Positions 14,731 through 28,480 of a DNA stretch of 64,000 nt are shown in pieces (position 1 is the first letter of the stretch; the number at the start of each line of letters is the position of its first letter). The stretch lies in the NCBI GenBank assembly GCA_012295275.1, contig CM022671.1, forward strand, positions 24,180,001-24,244,000, read 5' to 3'. Source of the stretch: Chrysomallon squamiferum. Its lineage: Eukaryota; Animalia; Mollusca. The notes below the pieces were generated by a model, which had not been told where the DNA came from, ran no database searches, and worked only from the letters and a program-made list of their open reading frames with translations. Position numbers and translations under genes: made by a program.

Positions 14731-16064
14731 ATGAAGATGGACAGGTTTTTGAAGATGCATGATGACATTGAAAGAGTTATAGAGAATGACACTTGTGATT
14801 CAGCGACGAAGGATTCTGCTGGCTCGTCAAGTGAGGAAAAGGAAATCAAATCATTTCGAGAACGTGTTAACTACATTATTCATACCAACAAATTTCAGTT
14901 TGGAATCATAGCACTGGTCATCCTTGACTGTTTTCTTGTCATCATTGAACTCATTCTGGACTTGAAAGTGTTTGAGCTTCCAGAACATGCTAGTCACGTT
15001 GCACCCAAAGTTATCCATTACTGCAGTATTGGCATCTTGAGCGTCTTCATGGTGGAGATAGTTTTCCGAGCATATGCACTGCGACTGGGATTCTTCAAAC
15101 ACAAAGCTGAAATGTTTGATTCATTTGTGGTCATCATCTCCTTTGTGCTGGACATTGTGTTCAGAAACCACACAGGTGCTGGTAATGGTATTGGTCTGCT
15201 TATTGTACTCAGGCTGTGGAGAGTGGCCAGAATTATGAATGGTAAATACAAATTTTATCTAATTAATACTGAGGAGTGACTAACATATTTCTCATTCTAT
15301 TTCTTTTGCAAAATTACTTCTTTTTTCTTTTTTTCAGTTTAGATTTTAAAGGGTTTTTTGTTTGTTTTTTTCAATTTTTAAAAATATTTTAAATTACTCA
15401 GTTATTTGTACAGTTAATGTCATGAAATAGGAAACAAAAAAGGATATTTATAGACAAGTGGTCTGCCTGTGAGTTATTTCCTGTTCCAGCTCATTTCAAA
15501 CTCTTTTATCTTGACCATTATATATATATTTGCCAGGGAAAGAATATAAAAATAATTCTCCTACTTAACCAATAAAACACTAATAGTGCTATAAATAGGT
15601 GTCCTGCCTCTCATCCACTTTTTAAGTAATAAAAAAACAAAACAATAACATTTAGAACAACTATTCCAACAAAATGTGTTCATCTGTTTTTAATCATTCA
15701 CTCATTTTAAATAACTAAAATGATATTTATTATTAGAAATAAATATTTTCCAAAGAAACATTTTTTTGCAGGGATAATTCTATCAGTTACTCTTCGAGAA
15801 GGAAAGAAACTTAAACTGGAGCGAGATCTACGTCTTGCAGTTGAAGAAGATCTGGCCAAGTTTCATGAATACTGTGCTGAACTAGAACAAGAAATTGAAT
15901 CTCTTAAAGCACTGCTTCAAGAACACAACATAGACTTTGTAGAGAAGCAGAGAAAGTCTCCAGTGACATCAGTTTCTCATGTTGTAGCTGATGTAAATGA
16001 ACATTTGCCTAGCTTAGATTCTGCTTGTGACAAACCAAGTGAAATTTCAAGTGAGAAGACATAA
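14731..16064 (+). CDS. HVCN1: Voltage-gated proton channel Hv1; exons 14731-15241, 15772-16064
   Basis: Four TM segments with no pore domain. S1 has the selectivity Asp (LVILDCFLVIIELILD); S2 is SIGILSVFMVEI; S3 is EMFDSFVVIISFVLD; S4 carries RxWRxxR (LRLWRVARIMNG). The C-terminus is a coiled coil (ELEQEIESLKALLQEHNI). Confidence 0.95.
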
Positions 16065-17957
16065 TCAACTTCACTTGTCTGCCAAATGGCCAGTTTGCAA
16101 TTGAATCTGATGTCTTGCACATAAATGATGGTCTCCAGTTAAAAAATTATTTAAAAAGGTTATCTTTTTTAACATTATCTTCATACATAGGTTTCTGTAT
16201 TAAAATGTCACTTACTCTTATCATACAAAGTATAATAACATAAACTTGTTTATTATTGTTCTATTTTTGAATAAGTTTATTTTAACGGGTTTTTAAAACC
16301 ATTTTTTTTGATGAAAATATATAAGAAAATATTTTAAAAATGATGCACAGTTTTAAGTTGTTATTAATATTTCCTAATTATTATTATTTTTTATAAACTG
16401 TGTAACTATATATATATAGTTAATGCATTTTTGAGAAACTGTCAACGTATGGTCATATTATTGTTCTTTTTTTAACTCTTGATGAAAATATATTTTTGCA
16501 CAGTTAACTGTATTAATACATTACAGGGTATATAATGCAGAAAAGCTGGTCTTTTCTCACTGTTTGTTTTTTGTTTTATTTGAATTTTTTGTTTTGTTTT
16601 TGTTACCAAAATATTTTTTCTTTCACATTGTTTTCTTACTGCACAAATATTACATACAAGTAATTCATATTGTGTGTATAAAAGGATGATTTTTGAAAGT
16701 AAACATTTGTATAGCATACAATTTTTTGTTGTCTTTTAATCAAAAATAATGTAACACAGCTTACATTAAAACAAAAACAAACAAAATTTGAAGCTAAGAA
16801 TTAAAAAGATATAAGTGTTTATGCATATTAGGTGGAAATTCATACATTATCTTGTTCTGTCTGTCATAATGTTCTATTTTTTTTTTTTTAATTCAGTTAA
16901 AAAAAAAAAAAAAAAAAATTAAAAATAAAGAGAGAAACAAAATAAATAATTGAATAAAACTATCAATTTTTTTTCTATAAAATGTAAAAGAAATTTAAAA
17001 TTAGTTAATATTATTGATTCTATGAATCAGACTTAATTTAGTGTTTAGAATTATTCTAGTTGTGAAAAAGTAACTAGTAAAAAAATTACAGCATAACCAA
17101 ACATTTTTTCAGTTACTTAAACTCAAAGCTTAACCTTTGAATTAAAACATGAGTATGAGTATCAAAAATCAATACACAAAAATCCCCCCCACACACACAC
17201 ACACACGCACAGACACACACACATACATACACTCACACTCACACTTGCTTATTCTCATTAGTTTCCAGTATGCATAATACATAGATACCATGTTGTTTGT
17301 GTTGTAAACCTCTGGAGAAAATCACACAGTGCACTTGACCAGTATGTAACATCCCTGTACAAAAGAAGTATTTAAAGGTTATTATGTGAGATTTAATTGA
17401 GATAAACTAAGAGAAGAACAGCAGGAGTTGTCTTCTCTGCACCTGAGACCAGACACTTCTCATTTGACATCAGCTGTCTGTGTAGCAGCAGCCAATGAAA
17501 TCAAACAATGACAAGTGCAACAGACAAAACAACCTGATCTAAGTTTTAAAACAACACACTGGCATTTGTGCATGAAGCAGAACCATTTGTAGTAAAATGA
17601 ATAAATAATTGATAATACTGCTGGCTTCTCATATCTGAAACAACCAGAGTATGTTCTTTTTTATTATTTTTTTTTAAATGCAATTTGTAATGTGCAGAGA
17701 GTGTGTGTGTGTTTATGTGTGGGTGTGTTTAATAATGGTGAAACTATTCCATTTTTGTACCTGTTAACTTAATTTTTGAACTTCTCTATGTCAGTCTTTT
17801 TCTCTCTTATTTTTTTGTTCACAAAGTTTTAAATAAAATATTAAGATACTACAAACTCTGTCTATGGTTAATTCCACAAACTGGAAACTGTCACTAGTGG
17901 TAAAAGGAGACAATGATAATTTGAAGTTCCGGGATTAACTTTAATTCAGAAATCAAT

Positions 17958-19965
17958 ATGTGTAATAGGTGGCCCCATGGAGCAGAACAATCACAACCCT
18001 GGTGTAATCACCTTTGTCAGAAGCTCATTCTCAGTGCAGCAAACATCAGGTACGTCAGCAAACATAAGTATGTTTTATAATGTTAAAAAATTATTATATG
18101 CATGTAATACCATCTTTATATTTATTACAATAATATATTATATAATTATAAAAATAAAATTCTGATTCTCTGTGGAGAAAAATTAGATACTAAAATGAAA
18201 AATTCTGATTAAAAAAAAATCTATGTGAGAAAACATTTATTATAATAATATTATATAAATAAATTTTAAAAAAATGTGGTTTTTATGTGGAGCTAACATT
18301 AGGTATGTGCAAGCTAACTGATTAAAAATAATTATATACTTATAATATCATCTTTATATTCATTATAATAATATTAAATACAATTATGTAATTATAAAAA
18401 AAATATGCTTATTTCATTGTGGAGCAAACATGCAGTATGTGCAAGCTAGCTAACTGTTTAAAAATAATTATGTACATACAATATCTTTTTGTTTGTTATA
18501 ATAGCATCATACAATAATGTAATCTTTTAAAAAGATTTAGACTTTTGTGGAGCAAATAATATGTAATGTGAACCATTTAGAAATAATTATATTCAGATAA
18601 TATCTTAGTTTTGTTTATTATAAGATATAATTATGTAATTATGAAAAAAAAATGTAGTGATTTTATGTGGAGTAAACATTAAGTATGTGTCAGCTACCTG
18701 TTTAAAAATAATTATATACATGTAATATTACACTGTTGTTTATTAAAATATTAAATAATTATAAAAAAAAGAGCTTTGGAGCAAACATTAGGTATATGTG
18801 AGCTAACAATTTAAAATCCTTACACATATATAATTTCATTTTGTAGTTTATTAAAATAATATACAATTATATAATCATAAAAAGATGAATTAATTCTGTG
18901 TTGAGCAAACATAGCTATATGGGTCATTTCATGCTACAACAAGCAAATTCCAGAAAATATCATGGGTGACTATCACCATATAAATGATAGAAACATACTA
19001 TGGGACCAAATTGTTATTAGTTTTGAAATTGTGGTCGATGAAATATAGGGTCAAAAACTAACATTGATATGTACAAAATGAGCCCATTTTCATATTCTTT
19101 AAATAAAGTTTATTAGTTTTCAAAAACAGTGGAAACATCCTAAAACAGTTGCAAGTGCCAAACATAGGGTGACAGGCTCTACATTTGATCAACCATACCT
19201 TCAAAACTAATAAGAATTTTGTCCCAACATTTTCCATGCACCATCATATATACAGATGCACAAATAAGAACAATTTTAAGTAAATCAGAGATTGTCTCCT
19301 GAGGAACTCTGGTTGAGCTGGCACAGAATAACCCACATGCTAGCTAATTGTTTAAAAATAATTACATACATGTAACATCATGATTTTTTGTTTAATAAAT
19401 AACATGTAATTATATAATCATAAAACAGGAGTTAATGCTACATGAAGCAAAAATTAGCAAAATCAATTAATGATTTAAAAATAAATTATATATAAATAAA
19501 CATCATAGTTGATATTTGCTGTATTTTTCTCTGTCTCTCTTTCTTTTCTTTTTTTTCTCTTTTTTGCTTTTATATACATACAAATAATTATAGTCAGAAA
19601 ACAATTATTACAGGTTTGCTAGATGTTCTCAGCAAGGATACTAACTAAATATTTCTGGTGGAGGAAGAGCCTTACATACATGGCATCCAAAAATACAACT
19701 GACAGCAAGTGAGTTTATAGTGTTTTTTGATAATTGCCAAAACAAATTTAAATAATCAATGCTAAATTTTATAAGTGATTCATATTTTACACAACTGAGA
19801 AAAAAACACAATAAAAAAACATAAAAACACATACATACATAAAAAAAAGAAGAAAAAAAACACACAATAAACCCTCTTAAATAAATTCATAATAAAAGAG
19901 AAATAAATAAATTAAAAAATAAACATAATTTGTGTTTATCAGATAACTTTGTTATATTTCAATAA

Positions 19966-20004
<39 letters not shown>

Positions 20005-21864
20005 ATACATTATTAAATATATAAATAAAAATAATAAATAGGGAACCAAGATTTTTTATTAAATAGCTTTCTTTAAAAACAAAAAAAAAAAATATATATA
20101 TATATATATTTATTATTGCAATATCAAAATAGAATACAACTGTAAAAATGTATTTTTAACCCAACAGATCAAAGACAGAAGAATGCTTACCAAGGGACAT
20201 AATTCTAGTCACTGGTGGTGCTGGATTTTTAGGCCAACATATTATCAGGCTTCTTCAAGAAAGAGTTCCTTATGTATCAGAGATCAGAGTTTTGGATGTG
20301 AAACCATTTGTGAATCACCTTGGTTAGTGTTTATATAGAGGTTTTCAAGATAAAGTATCTATCTATCTATCTATCTATATATAAAATAATAATAATAACA
20401 AAAAAATAAATTCAACCAACAGAGAAACAAGTTATGTAGTTTCATATAACATATAATAAAGTGTAAAAGAAAATAAATACATTCTAGCATTCACGTGATT
20501 TTTATGGTTAAATATTCTTCTTAATATTAAATAACTCATACATAAAAATACAACAGTACTCATGCAATTGCGCACGCACGCACACACAGTAATAATAAAG
20601 GAGCAAAAATATATCCTCTAAAACAATAAAGAAAATAATGATAATAATAATAATAATTGTTGATACCGATATGTTTAGGTTTCAGAGAGGTGAAGAAGAT
20701 AACGTCCCTTGTTGGTAGCATACAGGACTCTGAAATAACGCGAAGAGCATGCAAGGGAGTTAATTCTGTATTCCACATTGCTGGATTGGTCAGCTTTGGG
20801 ACATTTCCAGATTTTAAAGGCATGGAAGAAGTAAACGTTACAGGTTATTTCGCTATTTTTTATTTATTTATTTATTTATTTTTATTCTTAAATTTATGTC
20901 TGTTTCTGAAATAAAGAAGATAACTGAATATATATATATAATAAAGGTACGAATCAAAATTAAATTATCGTATTTATTTTTCACTGCTGTCAATTCAATT
21001 GTTTTACTGATAATTTGTTTTTAGTCTGTAGGACTTAAAATAAAACAAAATTAATTATAACTGAATAATTATTAATAACGTTTAATCAAGTATGTCAAAA
21101 ATCAATTAATTTTTCAGGCACTAACAACATCATAAAGGACTGTTTGTTGGAAAACGTTGATCGTCTGGTTTTCTGTAGTACAGTAGATGTTGTGGTCGGT
21201 CATTCTGAGATTACTGATGGTGATGAGGAAAACACGAATGTTCCGGATAAATTTCTGTTTCCTGGATACCCTGACACAAAGTACAGAGCAGAAAAAGCGG
21301 TACTGGAAGCACATGGACAGAGACTGTTAAATGGTAAAAACGACTTTACTTCTGTCATGTTGTTTTTCTCCTTTTCTTTTCTTTTTGTTAAAGTTTCAAG
21401 AAATTGGTTGGGAAAAGAAAATTTAAAAAACCCATATGTTAACATAAGTATCAATATATTTATGAAATGTACTGAACAAATCTGGATACGTAAATATGAC
21501 GTGACTCTAGATATCGCAGTGCGAACGAATTCTTTAATAAAATACAAAAGCGACCCTCAAAGCTAGTATCATTCAAATAATAAACGCCTAGCTGTTCATA
21601 ATGATTACTGTTAATACTGATAATAAAAACACGCTAAGTTTGAAATTTTAGATTGAATAGACTTGCTGGCTTCACTTATACTGAAATCATGTCTTAAGCA
21701 TTAAAGGATTAGTTTTATGTTAAACTTCATTTGAGTAATATTCCAGTTCATAATATATAGATATTTTATTTATTTATTTATTTATTTATTTAAATACTAT
21801 TATTATTGTTGTTGCTGTTGTTGTTATTATCATCATCATCAACATCATTATCATTACCATTATT

Positions 21865-21936
<72 letters not shown>

Positions 21937-22018
21937 TACAGGTAAAAAGCTAAGGACTGTGACTCTCAGAGCTAATGTAATGTACGGAGAAGGAGATCCT
22001 TACTACATCATTAATGGC

Positions 22019-22060
<42 letters not shown>

Positions 22061-22619
22061 TACAGGTAAAAAGCTAAGGACTGTGACTCTCAGAGCTAAT
22101 GTAATGTACGGAGAAGGAGACCCCTACTACATCATTAATGGCCTCAGACAGGCCAAGGCGTTTGGTGGTGTCATGATGCGAGTGGGCAACGGATCAGCGT
22201 TATTTCAACAGGCGTACGTGGGCAACACTGCCTGGGCATTCATCTGCGCTGATTCGGCTCTGAGAAAACAGGACGAAGTTGGTGGCACCCATTACTTCGT
22301 TCCTGACGACACTCCAGTCATGAACACGTTTCAGTTTATGGAACCCTACCTGCGCTGCAGAAACTTCCGACTGTCCAAAATATATTTACCATACAGACTT
22401 GTGTACAGTCTCGTTTACCTCATGGAAGTGGTCCTGAAACTGCTGTCGCCTTGGTTCAGGATCAACGTACAAACGGCATCTTGTAGCATCAAGTATATAA
22501 ATATGAATCTGTACTTCAGCAGCCGCAGAGCGAGGCACGTTCTGGGATTCACGCCGATCTTCACAACGCAAGAAGCAGAAGTCAATTCCATAGCGTATTA
22601 CAAAGAGGTTAAACTCTGA
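17958..22619 (+). CDS. 3-beta-hydroxysteroid dehydrogenase/isomerase family (extended SDR); confident exons 20168-20322, 20679-20843, 21118-21333, 22066-22619; tentative first exon 17958-18049
   Basis: ILVTGGAGFLGQHII (Rossmann motif), VFHIAGLVS, VNVTGT, LVFCSTVDVV, catalytic YPDTK (YxxxK), LRANVMYGEGD, YVGNTAWAF. The first exon is inferred only from phase-2 compatibility (MCNRW...NIR|S) and the donor AG|GTACGT. Confidence 0.88.
18030..19500 (+). repeat. Degenerate tandem array of ~120 bp units (about 8-9 copies), interrupted by an insertion at 18921-19334
   Basis: The unit GTGGAGCAAACATTAGGTATGTG..GCTAACTGTTTAAAAATAATTATATACAT recurs near 18057, 18173, 18288, 18418, 18547, 18667, 18777 and 18900, and resumes after 19335. 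Confidence 0.85.
18921..19334. mobile_element. Non-autonomous DNA transposon (MITE/foldback-like), 414 bp
   Basis: Termini are GGGTCATT... and ...AATAACCC (imperfect TIR). An internal inverted repeat 19001-19027 vs 19200-19226 matches at 25/27. The element splits one array unit whose halves rejoin across it. Confidence 0.7.
21900..22065 (+). repeat. 124 bp tandem duplication of the acceptor plus the first 80 nt of the last 3-beta-HSD exon
   Basis: (ATT)n-TACAG|GTAAAAAGCTAAGG...AATGGCCTC occurs with exon starts at 21942 and 22066. The copies differ at GATCCT vs GACCCC (both synonymous). Confidence 0.95.
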
Positions 22620-22996
22620 GTCCTGTTTCAGTTTGACAGTTGTATACAGTTACAGAACGTTTACTGACAAAATGGACTAAATTACAATTATTATGCTTTA
22701 TTGATAATCAGTGTATGTAATAGATGTATTGCTGGGTCGTCTAAACGGAACACAGATTGTGGGCATCAGTGCGTTGATGTTGTCTGTTGTCTGTTTTTCA
22801 TTTCATTTTTGTACATTATCATCGTGCTGTACATTTTTTTAAGCTACATATGTGTGCCAGTACAGTGAAGGATAAGCATTTTGTTTCCCAGTTTCCTTTA
22901 GTTACATAATTACTTTTATTTCACTGAAGACTTTAAAAAATTCTGGAGTATTGTTTTTAACATCTAAAAAAAAAAAAAAAAAAAAAATATAACAAC

Positions 22997-23045
<49 letters not shown>

Positions 23046-23714
23046 TTTATTTGTAAATGTGTGACAGGAAAAAAGTCTCTGATAGATCAACAAACATAAC
23101 CACCGACCTTTCCACACTAAAAAGAGCATTTACCTTAATTTATTATTTGTTTTCTTTCCTGTGTTTTTTCTTTTTTAATTTATTTGATCATTGACCAGTA
23201 TATGTAAAGATATTGTCTTAAAAAGTATTTATCACTGCCTTTCATGATCAATATTGTCAACTGTGTCCACATTTCTCACATCAATATTTGTATATTCAAA
23301 GGTTAATCAACCGAATAGTAAATAAACGGAGTCCAACAAACATAAAACTCATTAAAGTTTTATTATCCAGGAAATATTTCTCTTCTGCATTACATTTTAC
23401 AAAAAGAAATGTACTTTGTTAACAACAACAAAACACAACAAAAGAAAAACATTTTAAAAACCCACCAAAAATACAATCTTTAGTTATTAGAAGTTAATAA
23501 TCACAAATTTGTATGTTTTTTTTTTAATGAGCCCTAGGTTTTGTACTGTTTAAACTATTAAAGAAGAAAACCCCAGGAAACAAACCCACAGTGATACAAC
23601 AGCAATGAGAGCAACAACAATAAATAAATAAAGAACAACTACAACAAACAACAACAATAATAATAAAAGAAAAAAAAATCATCATAATGCCAAACTAAAC
23701 AATACAAAATATCG

Positions 23715-23832
23715 AGAGGTGGTTTGTAGTTCAGTGGTTAGAACGTTCGCCAGAAGCGTAAATGTTTCCTGTTGCAGCCAGCACCCGATCACAGCTTTAT
23801 ACTCTGCTGCCTACGGGAAGGTGTATGTAGTT
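23715..23832 (+). mobile_element. Degenerate tRNA-derived SINE fragment
   Basis: A-box-like head TAGTTCAGTGGTTAGAACGTTCGCC, followed by TTCCTGTTGCAGCCAG..GGGAAGGTGTAT. This resembles mollusc core-SINE bodies as I recall them (not searched). Confidence 0.55.
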
Positions 23833-24237
23833 AGTTGTTATGGCTACTGTGAATTGCATTCTTTTGTCATTATATACACAAAGAACAGACATAATTCACT
23901 ACTGATTTATTCATCCATCTGTTAGAATTTTAATGCTTTGATGGCATGTCGTCGTATTTTTACTAAACATATTTTACTTTTTTTTTTTTCGAGAGCTTAC
24001 CTAACATCATTATATTCAAAACTAACAGATGAGCTTAAATACTGTAAGCTGTAAGTTAAATAAAGAACATCTACACAATAATAAAAATAAAAATTAATAA
24101 GCATCAATTCGCATAATTTACTAATATTATTTTAAACCAATACAATTATATAAACGTATAGTTCGTTGTTTTCGATATCTTCATAAAGGTAAGTATATTA
24201 CTTGAATAATAATTACTGTTATTTTTTATCTTCAGAT

Positions 24238-25327
24238 TTAATCTAATTCTAAACCGTAGTAGTTCCAACCAGCCTGAACTGTCATGGTGTCGTTAATCAA
24301 AGGGCTCAAGACGAGCTCACAATCGATGTGGTCGACGTTGAAATTGAATGCCAAACATCTTGGTTTATTCTCACACTTTACAGAACACTCCAATGGCTTC
24401 GTATTGGTTATCGTTTTTGTATACTGAGATATCAAACGCATTCCTTTTACGCGGGTAACAGTTTTTGGAAAAGGGCATCCTGCAATAAAGAAATCTTAAG
24501 TATATTTTACTAAAAAACAACAGCAACAACAACAACAGCAACAACAATAACAACAACAACAATAATAAAAATAATCATAATAATAATAATAAATAAATAA
24601 ACAATAAAATAAACTAAAAACCTACGTTATCGGTATGAAAAAGAAAACAGCGGATGTTGTGGAACTACTACCATTTATTCTGCGCTGTTTTGAACTTGAT
24701 ATTAGTAACAGTGTTTTGTTATGCTTTTCAGAGTGTAAAGAAATTCAAAGATACAGTGTTTGCCAGATAACATTCATTAGCTGTATCGTTCATTCATTTG
24801 GTTCCGAATTTCATTCTCGCTTACCGATACCTGTCCAGCTAAAATGAAATTAGCAGTCTTGAAAGTTCATCTCATTAGTATGTTAAATATGTTTAATGTA
24901 TTCGGCTTGTTTTAATATGACAAACTCTTTGTTCCTGGCTTTTGTTCACTAAGCTTCCAACAAGACATATTGTATAATTCAATGGCATTTATAAATAAAT
25001 CGAAAATATCATTATTTACCATGTATTTGAACTTCACACAAGGTCAAAACATCATCGTTCGACATCACTTTCCATTTTCTGATTCTCACAAAGCGTCCTC
25101 TAATTTTACCTTCACAATTAAACGTTTTAGTTTCTGCCTTTCCAAGAGGTTCCCCGGTATAGTTTAAGCAAACCTCACTGACAGCGTTTGAAACCGTCAG
25201 TGGATTTTCGGCGAATACTTCAATCACAAAACTGTGAAGTTTTTCCCCTGAAACAGAATATATCAATACTGATGTAAGGATATCTGTCAACAACAGTTAT
25301 TACTGTAATAATAATAATAATAATAAT

Positions 25328-25369
<42 letters not shown>

Positions 25370-25397
25370 GAGTCTAATATATTATTCTTCGGTTTCG

Positions 25398-25478
<81 letters not shown>

Positions 25479-26118
25479 CTCTCTCATATACACGTACAGA
25501 AAATATTCATGAATGTTCGTATGTATGTGTCCCAATCTTATGCAATGTTATTAAACAATGGTATCAAATTATGTTTTCTTACAAAAAATATCTCCCCTGT
25601 TTGTTATTGTAACTGTGTCGATAATAAATGTTCCAAACAGGTCTACCATCCACCACGGATTTTCATCGAAAACGTTTGTGTGGCTGCAGTGATCCTCAAA
25701 CAGGAATGTTCCCATGTTGCCATCAACAGCGTATTTCGAATCCTGGTACTGAAAGACGCTGCTCATAAATGTTGGTTTCTCGAAGGCGATATTTTCAATT
25801 GTGTTACCTATAATGACAAAACTTTGTAATATAATAACGTTAATAATCACAAAGATCCATTCATACAAAAAAACAAACAGTTTACAAATAGTTTAAAATA
25901 TAGCATCATCAGAACATAGTTGTAACAATTCCGATTCTAACAAAATTCCATAGTGATGAAGACAATGGTGGTGATGATGATGATGATGAGATGATAACAA
26001 AAAGAAGAAGAGGAAAGAGAAGAAGGAAAAGAAGAACATTTTTTTTCTCAATATTATTATACTGTTATTTTTTATGTATTCATTGATGATGACGATGATG
26101 ATGATGATGATGATGATG

Positions 26119-26185
<67 letters not shown>

Positions 26186-27281
26186 TCATGCATACAAACG
26201 CTAAGAGAATCAGTTAACGCGAATGACCTCATTTTAAAAATTAATACCAAAATAAAAACAAAAACTAATGACAATACTTTGACGAAGAGTAACGTAGATA
26301 AATATTTGGTTAATCTAAATGAATAAACTTACTTGATATGATATTGCACCTCAAACCTGCATCGTTTGAATGAGGACACTGGCTTGTTCCCCAGTCACTT
26401 TTGTTGCACGAGTCAATGGTTGTTTCATTTCCAATACACTGCAGATTGTCCAACAACACGGTTCCTGTTCCCTGACCATACACTGTCCAGCTTAATGGCT
26501 GACCACCGTTACTAACAAAATTATAATTATAGATTCCATTATTTTATACTTTCGACAACAAACAAACAAACAGACAGGCAAACAAACAAACAAACAAACA
26601 AACAAACAAAAAACAAAACAAACAAAAAAAGCAAACAAAAAACGTAAAATTTGTCAATTGTCATCCTCCTATTCACATTTAATTATTCAAATCTTTCTCC
26701 GCAGTTTCTTTAGATTTTCAAAACACAACAATAACAATAGTAATAATACTAAAAATTCGACTAATAAATCAATCAATCAATTAATCAACCAAAGCGGGCA
26801 TTTTTTAGTTTAACAAATCTTACTTGTATCCCAGCATTCTGCAAACAACAGCAGCATCTTTTTCGTCCCACTGGTCATCACAGACAGTTCCACGAACTCC
26901 ATCACGAATTATTTCTACGCGACCTTCACTTCTTTTAGAACCGTTTACTAACTGTACTGTTATCTCGCCAGGTACTTCTGTTTATTGAAATTAATAAAAC
27001 ATCATTTGACAGTTGTATTAATTAAGTCCTGTCGCGTCAAGTAACGTCTTGTCACGTCATGTCGCGTCAAATCACGTCTTGTCATGTCATGTCGCGTCAA
27101 ATCACGTCTTGTCACGTCATGTCGCGTCAAATCACGTCTTGTCACGTCATGTCACATCGGGTCGTGTCGTGACCTTTCGTGCCATGTCGTGTCACTTCGT
27201 GTCGTGTCATATTATGTTACACTATATTACGTTATGCTATTTTGTGCTGTTTTAAGTTGTGTTCTATTGTGTTCTGATAAG

Positions 27282-27359
<78 letters not shown>

Positions 27360-28434
27360 CTGTAATGTTTATTTATTTTTTTATTTTTCCCCCTCCATTT
27401 CATGCAGAAATGATAATTTTTTTTTTTTTAAATGAAATAAAACATTAGAAAGACAATTTAAATCAATACTTACGTGAATAAAGATTACATATTACTGTTG
27501 CATCAGAAGAATGATCACATAAAATTTGTCCCCAGCCAGTTTTATTGCAGGCATCTATTGTAGCCTCGTTTCCTTTACATTCTAGATACTGCAGCCAAAT
27601 CTGTCCATTGCCCCTCCCAAACTGATCAGCATCAGCAACCTTCCCTCCGTAACTAGATATAACTACTCGGTTTAAAGTTCACGTAACACGTTTGTTTGTT
27701 AATAATAATAAAAAAAAATTCCTATGTAAAAGACCCTACAGAATGTTTTGATTAAAACGTTATTTAATAAAAACAATGCAATACCGTCTTACGTTTTAAA
27801 CATCTACCTAAGCAGTAACGTATTAATAACAAATTTCATCGAAAACTCTAGTATTAATATTAGATATATATAAAAAATATATATATATAATTTATCATAA
27901 AGTATATATTTTGTTTTATAAATTAAAAAGCATACATCATCATATTCAGTATCTTACTGTTGTGTGCAAATGGTTATCTAATTACAAAACTACATAATAT
28001 TTTCTAACCAGATGACACTGACACCATCATTGTCATCATCATTCGTTATATTATTTTACTAATTTTACTTTTATTGCTTCGTATATTTCCCAAATTGTGA
28101 ATGATAACTATTTTATACCAATGTCGTAACTGTACTTTGATTTTTAGTTTCATTTACAGAAAGATATAATGTTATTTAAAAATCTCAAAAGTGCTTCTTT
28201 TATTCTCTATAACGGTTTGAACTTGCAGACGTTTGTCGTGAATTAAAAGAAGAAAACAATCCATACTTGTATCCTAACATTCTGCAAACAACAGCAGCGT
28301 CATCTTCATCCCATGCGTCGTTACAGACGGTTCCACGAACTCCGTTACGAATTATTTCTACACGACCTTCATTTGGTGTTAGTCCGTTTACTAATTCTAC
28401 TGTAATGTTTCCTTCACCAAATACAGCTGTTAAA

Positions 28435-28480
<46 letters not shown>

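Noticed and set aside
14851-15251. Antisense ORFs over HVCN1 (likewise over 3-beta-HSD, SRCR and CTLD exons)
   Set aside because: These are shadow ORFs of relatively GC-rich coding exons with no recognisable motifs.
17977-18049. ORF-track start MEQNNHNPG.. as the 3-beta-HSD N-terminus
   Set aside because: It ends in phase 1 at the donor, whereas the 20168 exon needs phase 2. The ATG at 17958 fits instead.
23715-23800. Possible tRNA gene (also at ~1330-1402)
   Set aside because: Only an A-box-like D-arm is present; there is no GTTCGA T-loop or acceptor stem, which fits SINE heads.
18030-27215. CRISPR-like appearance of the ~120 bp array and the 30 bp repeat
   Set aside because: The context is eukaryotic introns, units are similar along their whole length with no unique spacers, and there are no cas genes.
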